Positions 1-12,969 of a stretch of 64,000 nt of DNA are shown in pieces. The stretch comes from Eledone cirrhosa. Taxonomy: Eukaryota. Every line of letters starts with the position of its first letter. Position 1 is the stretch's first letter. The notes under the pieces were generated by a model, which had not been told where the DNA came from, did not search any database, and saw nothing but the letters and a program-made list of their open reading frames with translations. The stretch is taken from positions 184,078,001 to 184,142,000 of the forward strand of contig OZ024743.1 of assembly GCA_964016885.1 (NCBI GenBank). The letters run 5' to 3'. A program made the translations under genes and the position numbers.

Positions 1-3000
1 AATCCCTCTTTCAAAGGAGGTGGTTTTTTAACTGTATCTCGCGCCCTTGAGGGCTAAATTTGTATTTATTTACAATCATACCCCGCAAATTTTGTTTTAA
101 AAAAAAACATGGCGGACAAAAATATTGTCCACAGGGAGGAACAGCGGGTTGTTCGGAGGGTGGAACAGCCGATTCCATCCAATCACAAGGCAAAGTAAAA
201 AGCAAGAGAAACAGCACCAGCAGCGATAGTGGCAATGGTGGTGACAACAGCAGCAGCCACTGGAACAGTAGCAGCAGCAGTAGAAATTACAACGAAAACT
301 TCCCTACATTAGAAAAATCAAACACCACCACCACCCCAATAACAGTAACAACAGCAACAGCCATAAAGAACCAAAGGAGCAACAACTATAACAGCAGCAA
401 CACAGAGGAAAAAAAAACAAAAAAAAAACACCAACGACGGCAACAAAGACAAAACTAACAAAGCGACAAACAATTTTGAACAAGTACACATCACTAATGA
501 AGAAATAAAAGAAGCAAAGGTCTTGGTTAAAAAGACCAGACACAGGGTAAGTCTCACCCGCCTAGCTGAGATAATAAGAAACAAGCTTTTGTGTTTGGTT
601 AGTTATCGCACGATCGGGTCAAAATCGCGGCGAGTCGAACTAGCAACGGAGTCACAGGTCCAAAGAGCTATGGGTGCCGTTTGGGCACAGAAAACATACA
701 TAGCCCAGGGATCGAGGTATGGCTCTTCGCTACACCAGAAGAAATCAGAGCACACTCCATTGCGCCACTCCGCAGTGACGTAATCATAATGATGCCCACA
801 TACTGCGACCAGAGAGTCGTGAGCGTTCGGGTGGGCCAGGTTCCGCCCTCAGTGGAGATGGCGTGGTTGACGGCAGCCGTCCTCGCTGACGTTGAGGATT
901 CAACAACTACACTCAACGTCATGAGAATAAGACAGGAAAATTGGACAGGGTCGGGGATGGAGCTAATCATCCAAGCAAACCATGAGAGCATTGAAGCCAT
1001 CCCCGATGTAATAGACCTGGACGATGGCAGCCATCTACTCGTGACTGTCAAAGGTAGGCGCCCAAGGTGTCATGGATGCGGTGGCAAGACGCACCTTAAG
1101 ACATTCTGCCCCAAACTCACCAAAACAGGCACGCGCCCACTCTTACCCCACGCCGTTCCCCGCAACTGGAGCGGACAAACAAACAAAGACCACAGTGGCA
1201 GAAGAGAAATCACCATCCCCAACAACAAAAGCACCATCTCTTCCACCACCCACAGAACCAATCGAAAGCATACCCCTTCCTGATATAGCTAAATCGGACA
1301 AGGAGTGCGATGAGGCCGAAGAATGGAGCACTATTCCAACAAAAAAAAGGAAGAACTCCATAACCTCAACCCCTCTCCTTCCGGAGAAGTCTGGATCTCG
1401 AGATACGGTCTTCTTGGACCCAAAGGGTAAGTTGGTGGTATTGGACGTGACCAGCGGAGAAGGACAAGCTTTCAGGCTAGTGGCCGTCTATGCCCCAACA
1501 GGACGGTCTGAATTCTTCCGGCGTCTGGAGACCTTTCTTGAAACGTCCCACTCTTGTTAGTAGGCGACAGGAACGGGATCTTAGATGCATGCTGGGATTG
1601 TGTGGGATTAATGGATAGGGGAGGAGGGTGTAAAAGCCTCACAAACCTGCTCAGGCGTTTTCAACTGTCGGAGAGGTACCGATTGGATTTCCCGAATGTG
1701 CCAATGTGGACAAGGACAAACCGCATCGGGTCATCCAGATCATATCTAGATAGGGTATTTTGTAGGGAAATAGATAGGTCTAGCATAGGCTGTCCGCAAT
1801 TCAAAATAGTCGGCTACACGGACCACAAATTCGTGATCTATGTGGTTGACTTGGATAGGCTTCATAGACAGGCACCCAGCTACTGGAAACTAAATGCGTC
1901 GTTACCAGCGCGCAAAGCTTACAGAGACCGGATTAGCGAATTAGTTAAACGGGCGTTGACAGGGGCCACCGTCAACAACAAATGGTGGTTTTCCCTGAAA
2001 AGAGTGATTAGAATAGAGTCTATTAGGTTTAGTAAAGTGCTAGTAACAGAGAAAAATAGAGCAGAAGGAAATCTAGTTAGCAAATTAGACAAGGCGCTTA
2101 GTAAAGGCATCGTGACCGCGTGTTTGCGGCAAAATTGGCTCTCGACCAATTTTTCAACGCTAAGCACGAAGGCTGCATTGTCAGAGCTAGGGTGCGTGCT
2201 CTCAGACACGAGGGGACGAAAGCCGTTCAATGGGTCCGGGTGGCGGAGGCGCGTTGTGGAAACAAAGCCACAATCCGGTCTTTACGGGCGCATGAGACTA
2301 GATCCCGGGCAGATGTGTGCGGCTTTTCAGCAGCACTTTGCTTAGCTGTTCGGGTGGAATGGACTTCAGTGCTTACCTCGATGAACTGCCGCGGCTCTCG
2401 ACCACTGAGGCAGAGTGTTGCGAAAGGCCGATAACAGCTGCTGAAGTACGGGAGGCAATGACTAGCTGCACAATGGGTAAATCGCCTGGTTTGGATGGTC
2501 CCCCCTACGAATTTTACATACATATGCCAGACTTGTTCGAAGATCTCTTGGCGGACGTCTACTGCAACTGGCAGCAGAATGTGAGCCGAGGAGCGGTGGC
2601 GCTGCTGAGAAAGGATCCGAACAAGGGCATAACAGAAAATTTCAGGCCCATAACTCTGCTAAACACAGACTTCAAGATTTTGGCTAAGGTGCTAGCAAAG
2701 AGGTTAGCGATTGTCGTTGTCGCAAACATGCGCCATTCCAAACAGATCCATCCATGACAACCACCACCTCATGCGATACATCGTAGAGAGAGTAGCTAGG
2801 GAACCTGGAATGGGTGGGTATTTGATCAATTTAGATCAGTCAAAAGCTTTCAATAGGGTTGACCGTCGTTATCTGGCAGCAGTCCTAAGAGCAGCTGGCT
2901 TTGGGCCTGTCTTCAGAGGCTGGATTGCTGCCATGCACAGCGACATCTGCTCTGTGGTGAGAGTGAACGGTCACCTTTTGGAACCGTTCAACATCATGTG

Positions 3001-3885
3001 CTCGATCCACTAAGGATGTCCTCTCTCGTCCTTGTTGTACGTATTAACTCTCGAGCCATTACTGCACAAACTGGAGACGTTAAGGGGGATCCCGCGTGAC
3101 CTAGGATGTGGACGAACATTGTCAGCTTAGGCAGACGACATCACCGTAGTGATGTGGAACGCCACACTAAGAGAATACAAGGTAGTGACAGAAGCAATGA
3201 TCAACCAGGAAAAATCAGTAGGCCTGCAACTCGGCACCTGGAGAGGCAGGTCCATGCCGTCCAACAGCGTCGTCGGGCGCTGGATGGACCGGTTAAATTG
3301 CTAGGGGTCTGGTTAGGTCCAGACCTCCAGACGGACAAAAACTGGGAGGAGGTCACGAGCAAGGTGGCTTCTCTCACTCAGAAATGGGCCGAGAAGAAGC
3401 TATCCCTGAAAGGTCGAGTGGAGGTGGCGAATGCGTACATCGTGTCCGTCATCTACTACCACCTGACCGTCGTGCCTTGTCCTAAGCCTCACCTAACTGG
3501 AGCGTTTCCTCTTTCGCTTTTTGTGGAAGGGACGTGCTCCGATGGTCAGGCGGTCCATCTGCTGTCAACACCCGCTACGCGGAGGGCTGGGCATGCCGTG
3601 GCTGATGATGCACAGACATGCGCTCAGGCTACGACATCTCCACCTCTTCCTCGACACTGATCAGGTGTGGTCGCCCTTTGCTAGACGCATGTTTCCCCAG
3701 CTTGTCTCCTTGGCAGAGCTGCAGTCCTGGGTCAAGCGAAGACCGAGAGGAAGCGCTTGGAGACTGGAATATCTTCAGGTGCTTACAGCCCTCGACCAGT
3801 CGAGCAATACAATCGCTGGAAACTCCACCTTGGCTTTCTATAGAGGATTAGTGGAGGGAAAGAGCAACGACGTTCTTGGGGAAAC
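1..3885 (+). mobile_element. Tx1/L1-clade LINE, degenerate (ORF1 plus ORF2 endonuclease-RT, 3' truncated)
   Basis: ORF1 zinc knuckle CHGCGGKTHLKTFC; APE motifs FRLVAVYAP, LVGD-N, SYLDR, TDH; RT motifs KSPGLDG, NFRPITLLN, LDQSKAF, VKLLGV, spread over frameshifted ORFs. Confidence 0.92.
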
Positions 3886-3965
3886 TGATGCTCTCTTCCT
3901 TGTGAGGCAGTTACAGGAAAAGTACCTAGCTAAAAGCAGGCCGCTCTACCTGGCATTTGTTAATC
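3883..3965 (+). mobile_element. Short RTE-type RT fragment fused to the broken Tx1 end
   Basis: TDALFLVRQLQEKYLAKSRPLYLAFVN is an RTE-type RT motif; the related Tx1 copy at 61193..62134 has GETLGVDENQL at this position. Confidence 0.7.
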
Positions 3966-4723
3966 CGGTGGGCTCTTAGAAAACTAGGCTACAGTTTGGA
4001 CGTGAAAGAGATGTGTATGCGAGTACATGCGTACCAGAGATATGTGTGTGTATGTCCGTATCTGTCTTGTCTTTTATGTCCAAACTGTAGCCGTCCCCAC
4101 TCACTATCTGTCAAAAACGACGAATCCTAAGCATGAATGCATGTGACAACTTGACCGGATGAGAGATGGCGTTATTTTGGAGATAGACTGATGGTGGTGA
4201 AATAATCAACCAATGAGCAGACGTAAAATACCACGTTGTTAGAATGTGCTGAATATAACAAGCGACTGGAGAAATTCGCACACAGAATCGGAAACGAGCT
4301 TCCATACCGAGGCATATCTGAGGGTCTTTTGATTCCAGAGTCAGGTTCAATAATAGATCGTTCCTCGAGCTGAACGACAGTCAAACATATGTAATATGTT
4401 ATTAAATATGTTATGATGCAACACTGACTATTTTTTCCTTTATTCTTATAGTTTTATACTCTGCTCTGCGCGAGCATCGAGTGGTCAGCCGGCATACCGC
4501 CTACGGGCGCTTATGTGAGAAAGTATCTGTCTACGTACTTTTTAGTATATGCGCGTAGTTGAGTGTGTGTGTGTTTACGTTCTGGATATTTATATTTTTA
4601 TGTATATATATACTTTTTTTTTCCCCATTTTTCCTTTTCGCCCGTTTTTTTTTCAGCCTCACTTTCATATTTCCTAAATTTTGTTTTCAAATCCATATTT
4701 AATAAATACACCATGTTTTTTTA

Positions 4724-4784
4724 TTCATTCTGACGACTGAAGACAGACACAACATCTGTCTTCAAGAAATCCGTGGTAAATGAA
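4724..4784 (+). ncRNA. Type I hammerhead ribozyme motif
   Basis: Stem I ttcatt/aatgaa; CTGACGA core 4730-4736; 10-bp stem II tgaagacaga/tctgtcttca; GAAA 4766-4769; short stem III; GTA triplet with predicted cut after 4778. Confidence 0.75.
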
Positions 4785-4817
4785 ATAATTATCTTATGTT
4801 GTTTATTACATAACTAA

Positions 4818-4894
<77 letters not shown>

Positions 4895-5345
4895 AACAAC
4901 TATATATATATATATAACAACCAGAAATAGCCGTCGAAACGTCCTGAGCTCTGCCGTCGGCCTCATACTTTTTCCTATTATCTTCATATACCTTCCTGCC
5001 AGATTGTTGAACGTATATACTTACCTTATGCATATTAACGGCTGAGTAGCCCAATTTGCATATCGAGTGGGTTAATCGGCCGGGTGCACCGAAAACGATA
5101 AACGGAAACAATGAAACGAAATTTCATTTCCCACTCTTAGTACGGCTGTTACTTAAATATAAGTATGTACACGTACATACATACATGTATACAGACGTAC
5201 AGTAGTATGTATATATATATACATACATGCACACATATATATATGTACGTATGGATTCACCGAACATTTATTTTAATGCTCGGTGTGTTTGTAACCAAAC
5301 ATCCCGTATTAAGCCGAAGTGTCTAGCAACCATCGATGCGCGTTT

Positions 5346-5388
5346 ACGTTGCTGACGATAGCTAATAAGCTTGAAATTAGTACAGCGT
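5346..5388 (+). ncRNA. Minimal type I hammerhead ribozyme, copy 1
   Basis: acgttg-CTGACGA-t-agct(aata)agct-t-GAAA-ttaGTA-cagcgt; stem I acgttg/cagcgt; predicted cut after 5382. Confidence 0.72.
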
Positions 5389-5761
5389 TCCTTTGTCAGT
5401 GTTGAACAAACGAGCAACGATGGTTGCTAGACACTACGGCTTAATACGGGATGTTTGTTTACAAACACACCGAGCATTATAATAGATGTTCGGTGAATCC
5501 ATACGTACATATATATATGTGTGTATGTATATATATATACATACTACTGTACGTCTGTATACATGTATGTATGTACGTGTACATACTTATATTTAAGTAA
5601 CAGCCGTACTAAGAGTGGGAAATGAAATTTCGTTTCATTTTTTCCGTTTATCGTTTTCGGTGCACCCGGCCGATTAACCCACTCGATATGCAAATTGGGC
5701 TACTCAGCCGTTAATATGCATAAGGTAAGTATATACGTTCAACAATCTGGCAGGAAGGTAT

Positions 5762-5804
5762 ACGTTGCTGACGATAGCTAATAAGCTTGAAACTAGTACA
5801 GCGT
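5762..5804 (+). ncRNA. Minimal type I hammerhead ribozyme, copy 2
   Basis: Same fold with palindromic stem III ACTAGT; GTA triplet, predicted cut after 5798. Confidence 0.78.
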
Positions 5805-6438
5805 TCCTTTGTCAGTGTTGAACAAACGAGCAACGATGGTTGCTAGACACTACGGCTTAATACGGGATGTTTGTTTACAAACACACCGAGCATTATAATA
5901 AATGTTCGGTGAATCCATACGTACATATATATATGTGTGCATGTATGTATATATATATACATACCACTGTACGTCTGTATACATGTATGTATGTACGTGT
6001 ACATACTTATATTTAAGTAACAGCCGTACTAAGAGTGGGAAATGGAATTTCGTTTCATTTTTTCCGTTTATATATATATATATATATACTAGACCACCCG
6101 TGACCCGTTGGGTTATGTTCACTTAAAAATAATTTTTAAATAATTAAAATATACACAAAATGTATATAATGTAAAATGACATTGGAAAGTCAATATATAT
6201 ATACGTGTATGTGTGTGTGTATATGTACGTGTATATATATATATATATGTTTGTGTGTGTGGGTGTCTGTGGCCTATATACACTGGTTACACACACACAC
6301 ACATACATCCTGTCCTAACACAAGTTATAAGATACATATAACTTAATATTCAGTCACCAAATTCAAGCTAGATACAGTAATGCTGTATTCAATTCTTTGA
6401 CGTCACCTGTCATAATTTCATTCAACAACACCACCAGC

Positions 6439-6473
<35 letters not shown>

Positions 6474-6898
6474 ACCACTATCTGCGTTTGTATTCACATT
6501 TCAATGGTACCTTACTTTCAAAGAATTTTCCCATTATGCGCTGATTTGGTTATTTATAAGGGTACCCGAAAAAATCGCATATCTCGGGAACCCGTGGTCT
6601 GATTTACGCGAAACTTGTCTTTTCACTTTATTATTCACAAGTATTTTCACAAAGAAAATACCAAATCATTTTTCACTAATAGCTATCCAATCACTCCACT
6701 TCAAAATTCTTTTTTCTATATCTCTATGGATGCTTGACTGTTTGTTCTGAAAGATTTTCCTGCTTAAAAAGTTACAATGTTAATGAAAAGCTGGTTTTAT
6801 TTACAAAAATTTGAAAGAAATTATTCTTACTTGTCTTAGTTTTTCCTTTTCCTTTCATTTTCTGACGTCGGAATCAATTTTTTCTCATATTTACGTTG

Positions 6899-9800
6899 TT
6901 ACAGTTTGTTCAAAAGAATGCTTTTGATGACAACATTCTTAGTTGACTGGGTATCCTTCAGAAACACTCTTACATTTTCTTTTCGTTTTCCGCGGCTAAT
7001 GGCTACATACAGTTGACCATGTTGGAATACAGGTCGTTCCAGATAAACCAAGACGTTTTCCATAGTTTGTCCTTGTGCTTTATGAATAGTCACAGCGAAG
7101 CACGATTGAACTGGGAATTGGCTTCGCTGCAAAGGGATACCCTCACCTTCGGATAGATTAATTCTTATTCTAGGTATCATAACGATCTCATTTCTGAAAG
7201 CAGCAGTGTTGATTGTTGCTACTATGAGATTGTCGTGCAGTTCTTCCACGATCATGCGCGTTCCATTACAAAGCCTTGCAGGATTCAAGTTTCTCATAAG
7301 AATTAATGGCGATCCTTTTTTCAATTCCAGGTTATGTGGTGGCAGTCCTGATAGTTCAACCGAATCAAGGAATTCAGTCGGGAAATGAGTGGAATTGGCA
7401 CCATCACTCACAGAATTATAGGATCGGTACTCTTTTATGGTTCCAGGGAAGCATCTGATACAGGTGGAATTGATGCTTCTCATCATTTCATTGAAAGGTA
7501 CTAAGATGCAATTGTTCGAAAACACTTCAGCTGGATTCTCGAATGAGGAGTAGATGAAATCAATTCATTCTTCCATAGTTGTTGCTTGGAGAACCATTTC
7601 TTTTGGCAAAATAATTTCCTCATTTTCAGTTTTTTTATCTTATCTTCTCCAATATCCAATAGGAACTGTGAATAGTCTCCTGCCCCCCCCCCCCCAATCG
7701 CATGTTTGTCTTCAACTGGAATCTTTTGAAGCTTCGCCATAAGTAGGATTTCATAATGCAGGCGTTTTCTACATCCGCTTCATTTCCCATTTTCACTACC
7801 GGAAGAAGCTGACGGAAATCGCCACAGCAAATTGTCAAAATTCCACCGAATGCCTCATTGTTGTCGCATATGTCACGCAGAGTGAGGTCAACAGCTTTGA
7901 AGCTTTCCCTCCGAATCATAGGATACTCATCCCAAACAATCAGCCTTGTATGCTGGAAGAGGTTTGCCGTCTTTGAGTTTTTATCAATGTTGCACAGACC
8001 ATTTTATTTCACTACTATCGGTATTTTGAACCTAGAATGCGCTGTTCTTCCACCAGGCATGAGTGTTGCGGCAATGTCAGATGACGCAACAGCAATAGCC
8101 ACGTCACCGTTTCCCATGACATTTGAAAGAATTAAGTTAATCAGGAATGTCTTTCCTGTTCCACCTGGAGCGTCAATGAAATTCAATGCAGATGTGTTCG
8201 TCTCTAAACTGTTACAAACGAAGTCATACACGTGCTTTTGTTCACTATTCCGTCTCTTCTACAAATCGTCGCTGCTCTTCTCTGGTGTATTGCAATTCAT
8301 GCAATAACTCCAAATTGCCAATATCCTGATTAGCAACGATATTATTTGGCCTTGGCAAGTTAAAGTCACTAAGACTTTTGCCCAGGTCGTTAAGTTTGTC
8401 TTCAAAATACAGAAGACATTGATCATAATGTCTCTCGCTAATCAAAAGGTTAGAGTTTCTGGTAGCCCTTTTTTCTATTTGAAGGTAATCCTCAGACAGC
8501 GAATGCTTAAATCGAACCCATAAAGCACTGGAATTGTCAATTTCCGTATTTGTGAGGAGCACGATAAATAGATCTCTCATGGCTTTGGGAAGCCTTGTTC
8601 GCTCAGCATCTTCCAGAGTCTGCTGCCAATGATCATCCGATTGAAGCAAACCTTTCTCTCTGCAGACGTCTTTGAATAATGGCAGGAGTTCTCCATCACA
8701 CATTTTCAAAGAGTTGAAGGATACTGGCCCTTTGACGTGATGCAGAAGGAGTCTTAAATAATACAGGTCACCACTTCGTGGAGAAACAGTGTATACTCGT
8801 CCCAAAACGTTCGCCTCAAAAATCCCTGGATACTGCTCAACTGTTTTCCCCACCTTTCTCCTTTCCCATCTCTTATTACTCCAAGTGTAAAACTTTGGGA
8901 CATCGGCATAATACAATGTTTTTGCTAACGGATCGCGATCGCAAAGATCCATGAACTCAGTCAGAGTCGTCTTAGCCCTGTTATTGTTTACTTTAACAGC
9001 AGCATTGACCCAAAAGAAGATTTGATTTTCCTCAGGTAGATGAACTTGAAGGCGAACTACGGACGGTTCTCTCTCATGAATTGGAAATCCAAGTACCAAG
9101 GCAACAGCTTCTGAAGGACCGATATATCTTCCTGTTAAATACTGTATTATCTCATCTTCCACGTTCACTCCAAACATTGCCTGATCACTGCCCTTCATGG
9201 TATATTTGATAACGTATTTGATCGATTTCACGGAAGAGCACATCTCTACGTTTAGGTGGCAGTTGAACAGTTTTAATAGTTTCATATTGTAGGGAACCAC
9301 CCATTCCGAAGTTATATTTCGGCTTGCCCTTCCTTCTTGGTGCCCCTCAAATCCTCCCATTCCTGGAGACCGTTTCTGTACACAGGATAAGAGCCCTCTC
9401 CACTCAATGTATATTCATTGAAAGGCTTAGGGTACCGCTTACTGCACGTTCCATCTTTCCAACACGGCGAATTGTTAGAGCAATTCGGACTGTGGATCAT
9501 GTGCTTCAGCACCAATTCGTGACCTCTTGGATCTTTGTTTGGATCTGGTATTTCGGCTTGAAAAAATTTATTATATTCAAACAGTGCACACGCTTTTTGA
9601 TATTCGACTGTCAGCACGTAAACAATGCACTTGACAAATAGGCCATCTACTCCAGTAAGATACTTTCTTAACAGTTTCCGCTTCAGGTCAAATACTCTGG
9701 CAATTAAATCTGGCCTGTCGTGTGGCTTCTGATTCAGGAATAGGTTTTGCCGGATTTCAGGCCAGTTTGGATTGCATGTCATTGTGATGAAGAACGAAGG

Positions 9801-10767
9801 ATTGCCGTACTTCCGTATGTACATCATGGCATCCTGGCATCGCTCCATCATATATCTCGGTCCACCGACAAATGTGGAAGATAGTATTATTCGCCTGCCA
9901 ATATTGCGAAAATCGTCATCATCATTCAATGCGTCAGTAAGGCCCTTGTATGTTGTAGATCGCAATGATGTTTGATTCATTCGGATGTATTGCAGTTTAT
10001 CTCCTTCAATCTTCGCAGCCATGTCAACCAAATATTGCTGAAATAAACGACCACCTCTGAGAAGTTGGTTGAATTCATTCTCATGGTTCATTATTCGATA
10101 GGCATAATAGCGCATTGGCGTCAACTTCTTGTTGTTGCTCATTAACAGCTGATGATGCCATCCGTCATCGCCAAAAGGAAAAAAATAGAACATACTGCAA
10201 ACTGTCATAGGACCGATGGGACTCTGAGATTATTTGCAATTGTCCGCCTTTTTCTTTCAACACAATGTGCCGTGCTTTTGCTTGAAGTTCGGTGCTGTTT
10301 TGTATAATAACGGCAACTTCGTTTGCAGTTTGTGCATTGAATATTCTCTCATGTTCCATTGCTGGTCTCCTATCAGGATCAATAATAATCGAAGCTTCAG
10401 GAATATTTTTAATTTGTTCTTTTGCCATTCGAAATGAAGCAACGTAAGGGTTATATTGTCTAAGTATTATTTCCAATAATTCAACTATGTCACGCTGAAT
10501 GCCATCGTTATGGAGTATTCTGATCCTCAAATCAACACTATCTTGAGGATCCAAGAAGTAAATTTGAAGAAATTGGGGCTGTTCGTTGGTATTAGAGGAT
10601 AAGGAACCGATGTAATGGTGAATTTGACCATGAATAACGATAGAAGGATTCCATCCACTCCTTGAGGAACGAACTTCTTCGGCCCCAAAAGATGTCATTT
10701 GGAACAGGCAGTTGTATTGTCTGAGGTTCTTCCTGAACTCGTTTGCCCTAGGTTGATCAGTACTCTG
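6899..10767 (-). pseudogene. Helitron Rep/PIF1-helicase (RepHel), frameshifted
   Basis: Rep motif 1 FFITMTCNPNWPEI and motif 3 KYVIKY; PIF1 motifs DAPGGTGKT, IIWDE-like, GDFRQLLPV, RLCNGTR, TIHKAQGQT, HGQLYVAISR; split over six or more ORFs; HUH motif absent. Confidence 0.93.
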
Positions 10768-10990
10768 ATTGAAAGGCTTAGGGTACCGCTTACTGCACGT
10801 TCCATCTTTCCAACACGGCGAATTGTTAGAGCAATTCGGACTGTGGATCATCCCCTCACTCTCTCTCTTTCTCTCTCTCATCCCCTCACTCTCTCTCTTT
10901 CTCTCTCTCACCCCTCTCTCTCTCTTTCTTTCTCTCACCCCTCTCTGTCTCTCTTACCTACAGAATAGACAACCAAAAAACAAACGGATT

Positions 10991-12969
10991 TGTAGCAGTT
11001 GCCTCCCTTGTTGTGACTTACAACCCCAATAGATTAACATCTAGACGGGAAGTAGAACCCTTTCTGTAACTTCCGGCAGAGCCCTATAAAACGAATAGCT
11101 TTCGGCTCTCTCCCTCTCATTTGCCCTTCCGGCGCCTGGCCTTCGCCAGGCGTCTTCTGCCAGCCGCGTTTGCCTGGCAATCAAAACGGTAACTACTAAC
11201 TGTGCCTCATTCTTTCGTTTATTCATTGACATGTCAACTATACTGTTAAATTGTTGATTAAATATTATACACACAAACCATGTCTCCGTGTTACATTCAT
11301 ACAACCCAGTATCTTCGCTATATTGGTAACCCTGACGTGATACGAACACGCAGCCGTTCATCGCTATAAGTGGTCACCCCGAAAAAAGAAAAAAATAGCA
11401 GAATCTGGTGTTGTGTGAGTAACATTACGAATACACAGCAAATTTATTGACAAACTATGAAAATACTCAGTAAAAGAAACGAACACACCACGCACATGTG
11501 AAATTTTCGCACAAACAGACTTTTTCTCTCACGCATCAACTAACTGTCGCATTTCACGATATATATATATATGTTTCTCGTTTCTTACAACGAACACTTT
11601 CAAAACAAAAAAAAAAAAAAAGAAATTTGATATTCTTTAAAAAACATTTCAACAGGAACATTTATTTTCGATGAACCATTCCCTTTTTTTTCATCGTTTT
11701 CTTCATCGTTCAAGTTTTTTTTTCCAAAGTTCACACCAATAATTATGCTAAGTGAAGCCTTTCTTTTTCATCATTGTCACTTTCACACTTGCACTATCAT
11801 TTTCTCGCACGTTAGAAATATTATTTTTTCAACCTAACTTAACCTTGTATTGGCACGTGTAGGCAGCACAAATTCTCGACTCACAGAGATAGCCGCACGC
11901 CAGAGATAACGTTTCTCGCCAAGGATTCTTCAGCCTTAAGCTATATTCTCCTATTTGCCGGTTTAAAAATTTACCACGTAAATTTGCCGTTGAAAACTGC
12001 GCATTTATTCAGAATGCTTATTTCTTTGGTCGCTGGCCTCTTGACCCTTCCAGGTCAACGCATTCTCAACATCGACCATCAACTTGGGCTGTTATTTCTA
12101 GCACTTTTGCGCAACTCATTTTTTTCCGAAAAATTTTTTTTTTTTACTGTGAATTTAAACACCGAATACGCTCACTCAGCGAGACAACAACATCAACAGC
12201 AACACAGCTTCACCAACAACCAAAACCAGCAGAACAAGCCAGAGAATTTATTTTTGCAGCACTCTTCCTGTGAGAAAATCCATTCGGAGGTTGGAAATTT
12301 CACGATATACCACAGAACAGAAACCACCTGCATTCATTCTCTGGAACACACTTTCTCTCCTGCTGTCATGTGATTGCACACCTGTGAACTATATTTTGTA
12401 CATTTGAACTTTGAGCTCTTCTCTTACTTTATTACATTGTATCTTTGGGTGATGGATAGATAGATGTCCAGTCGTTCTCTGGCCAAGAGCGGTTGGCTAC
12501 CTTGACATCTATCATTGATTTTTGCAAACATTCTTTTGTCGTAATTTTCATGCCTGTTACAACATTCTCGCCAACTTGCTACATATTTCATTCGATTTTT
12601 ATATTCTAAAATTCTGGCGGGAGGTTATGTAGCAGTGGCCTCCCTTGTTGTGACTCACAACCCCAATAGATTAACAACATCTAGACGGGAAGTAGAACCC
12701 TTTCTGTAACTTCCGGTCAGAACCCTATAAAACTAACAACTTTAAGTTCTCTGCCTCTCACTTGCCCTTCCGGCGCCTGGCCTTCGCCAGGCGTCTCGCG
12801 TTTGCCTGGCAATCAAAACGGTAACTACTAACTTTGCTTCATTCTATCATCTATTACTTTGACATGTCAACTATACTGTTCTATATATATCCATGATTGT
12901 TAATTAAATATTATACACACAAACCATGTCATTTTGTTACATTCATACACCACCAGTAGATTCGCTATA
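10991..12969 (+). mobile_element. Non-autonomous LTR retroelement (TRIM/LARD-like), copy 1
   Basis: LTRs 10991-11322 and 12628-12969 (TGTAGC...GCTATA); 4-bp TSD gatt; tRNA-Trp PBS from 11324; purine tract ggcgggagg before the 3' LTR; no gag/pol ORF recognised. Confidence 0.9.

Larger units (their letters stand above)
4987..6069 (+). mobile_element. Non-coding hammerhead-bearing element (retrozyme / Penelope pLTR-like): inverted arm plus ~1.7 tandem copies of a 416-bp unit
   Basis: 4987-5345 is the reverse complement of 5408-5762; 5346-5761 is repeated directly from 5762 to ~6069 and ends at (TA)n; each unit begins with a hammerhead. Confidence 0.8.

Noticed and set aside
11984-12373. 129-aa ORF in the LTR element internal region (and 23304..23570 in copy 2)
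   Set aside because: Frames are not preserved between the two homologous copies and no gag/pol motif is present.
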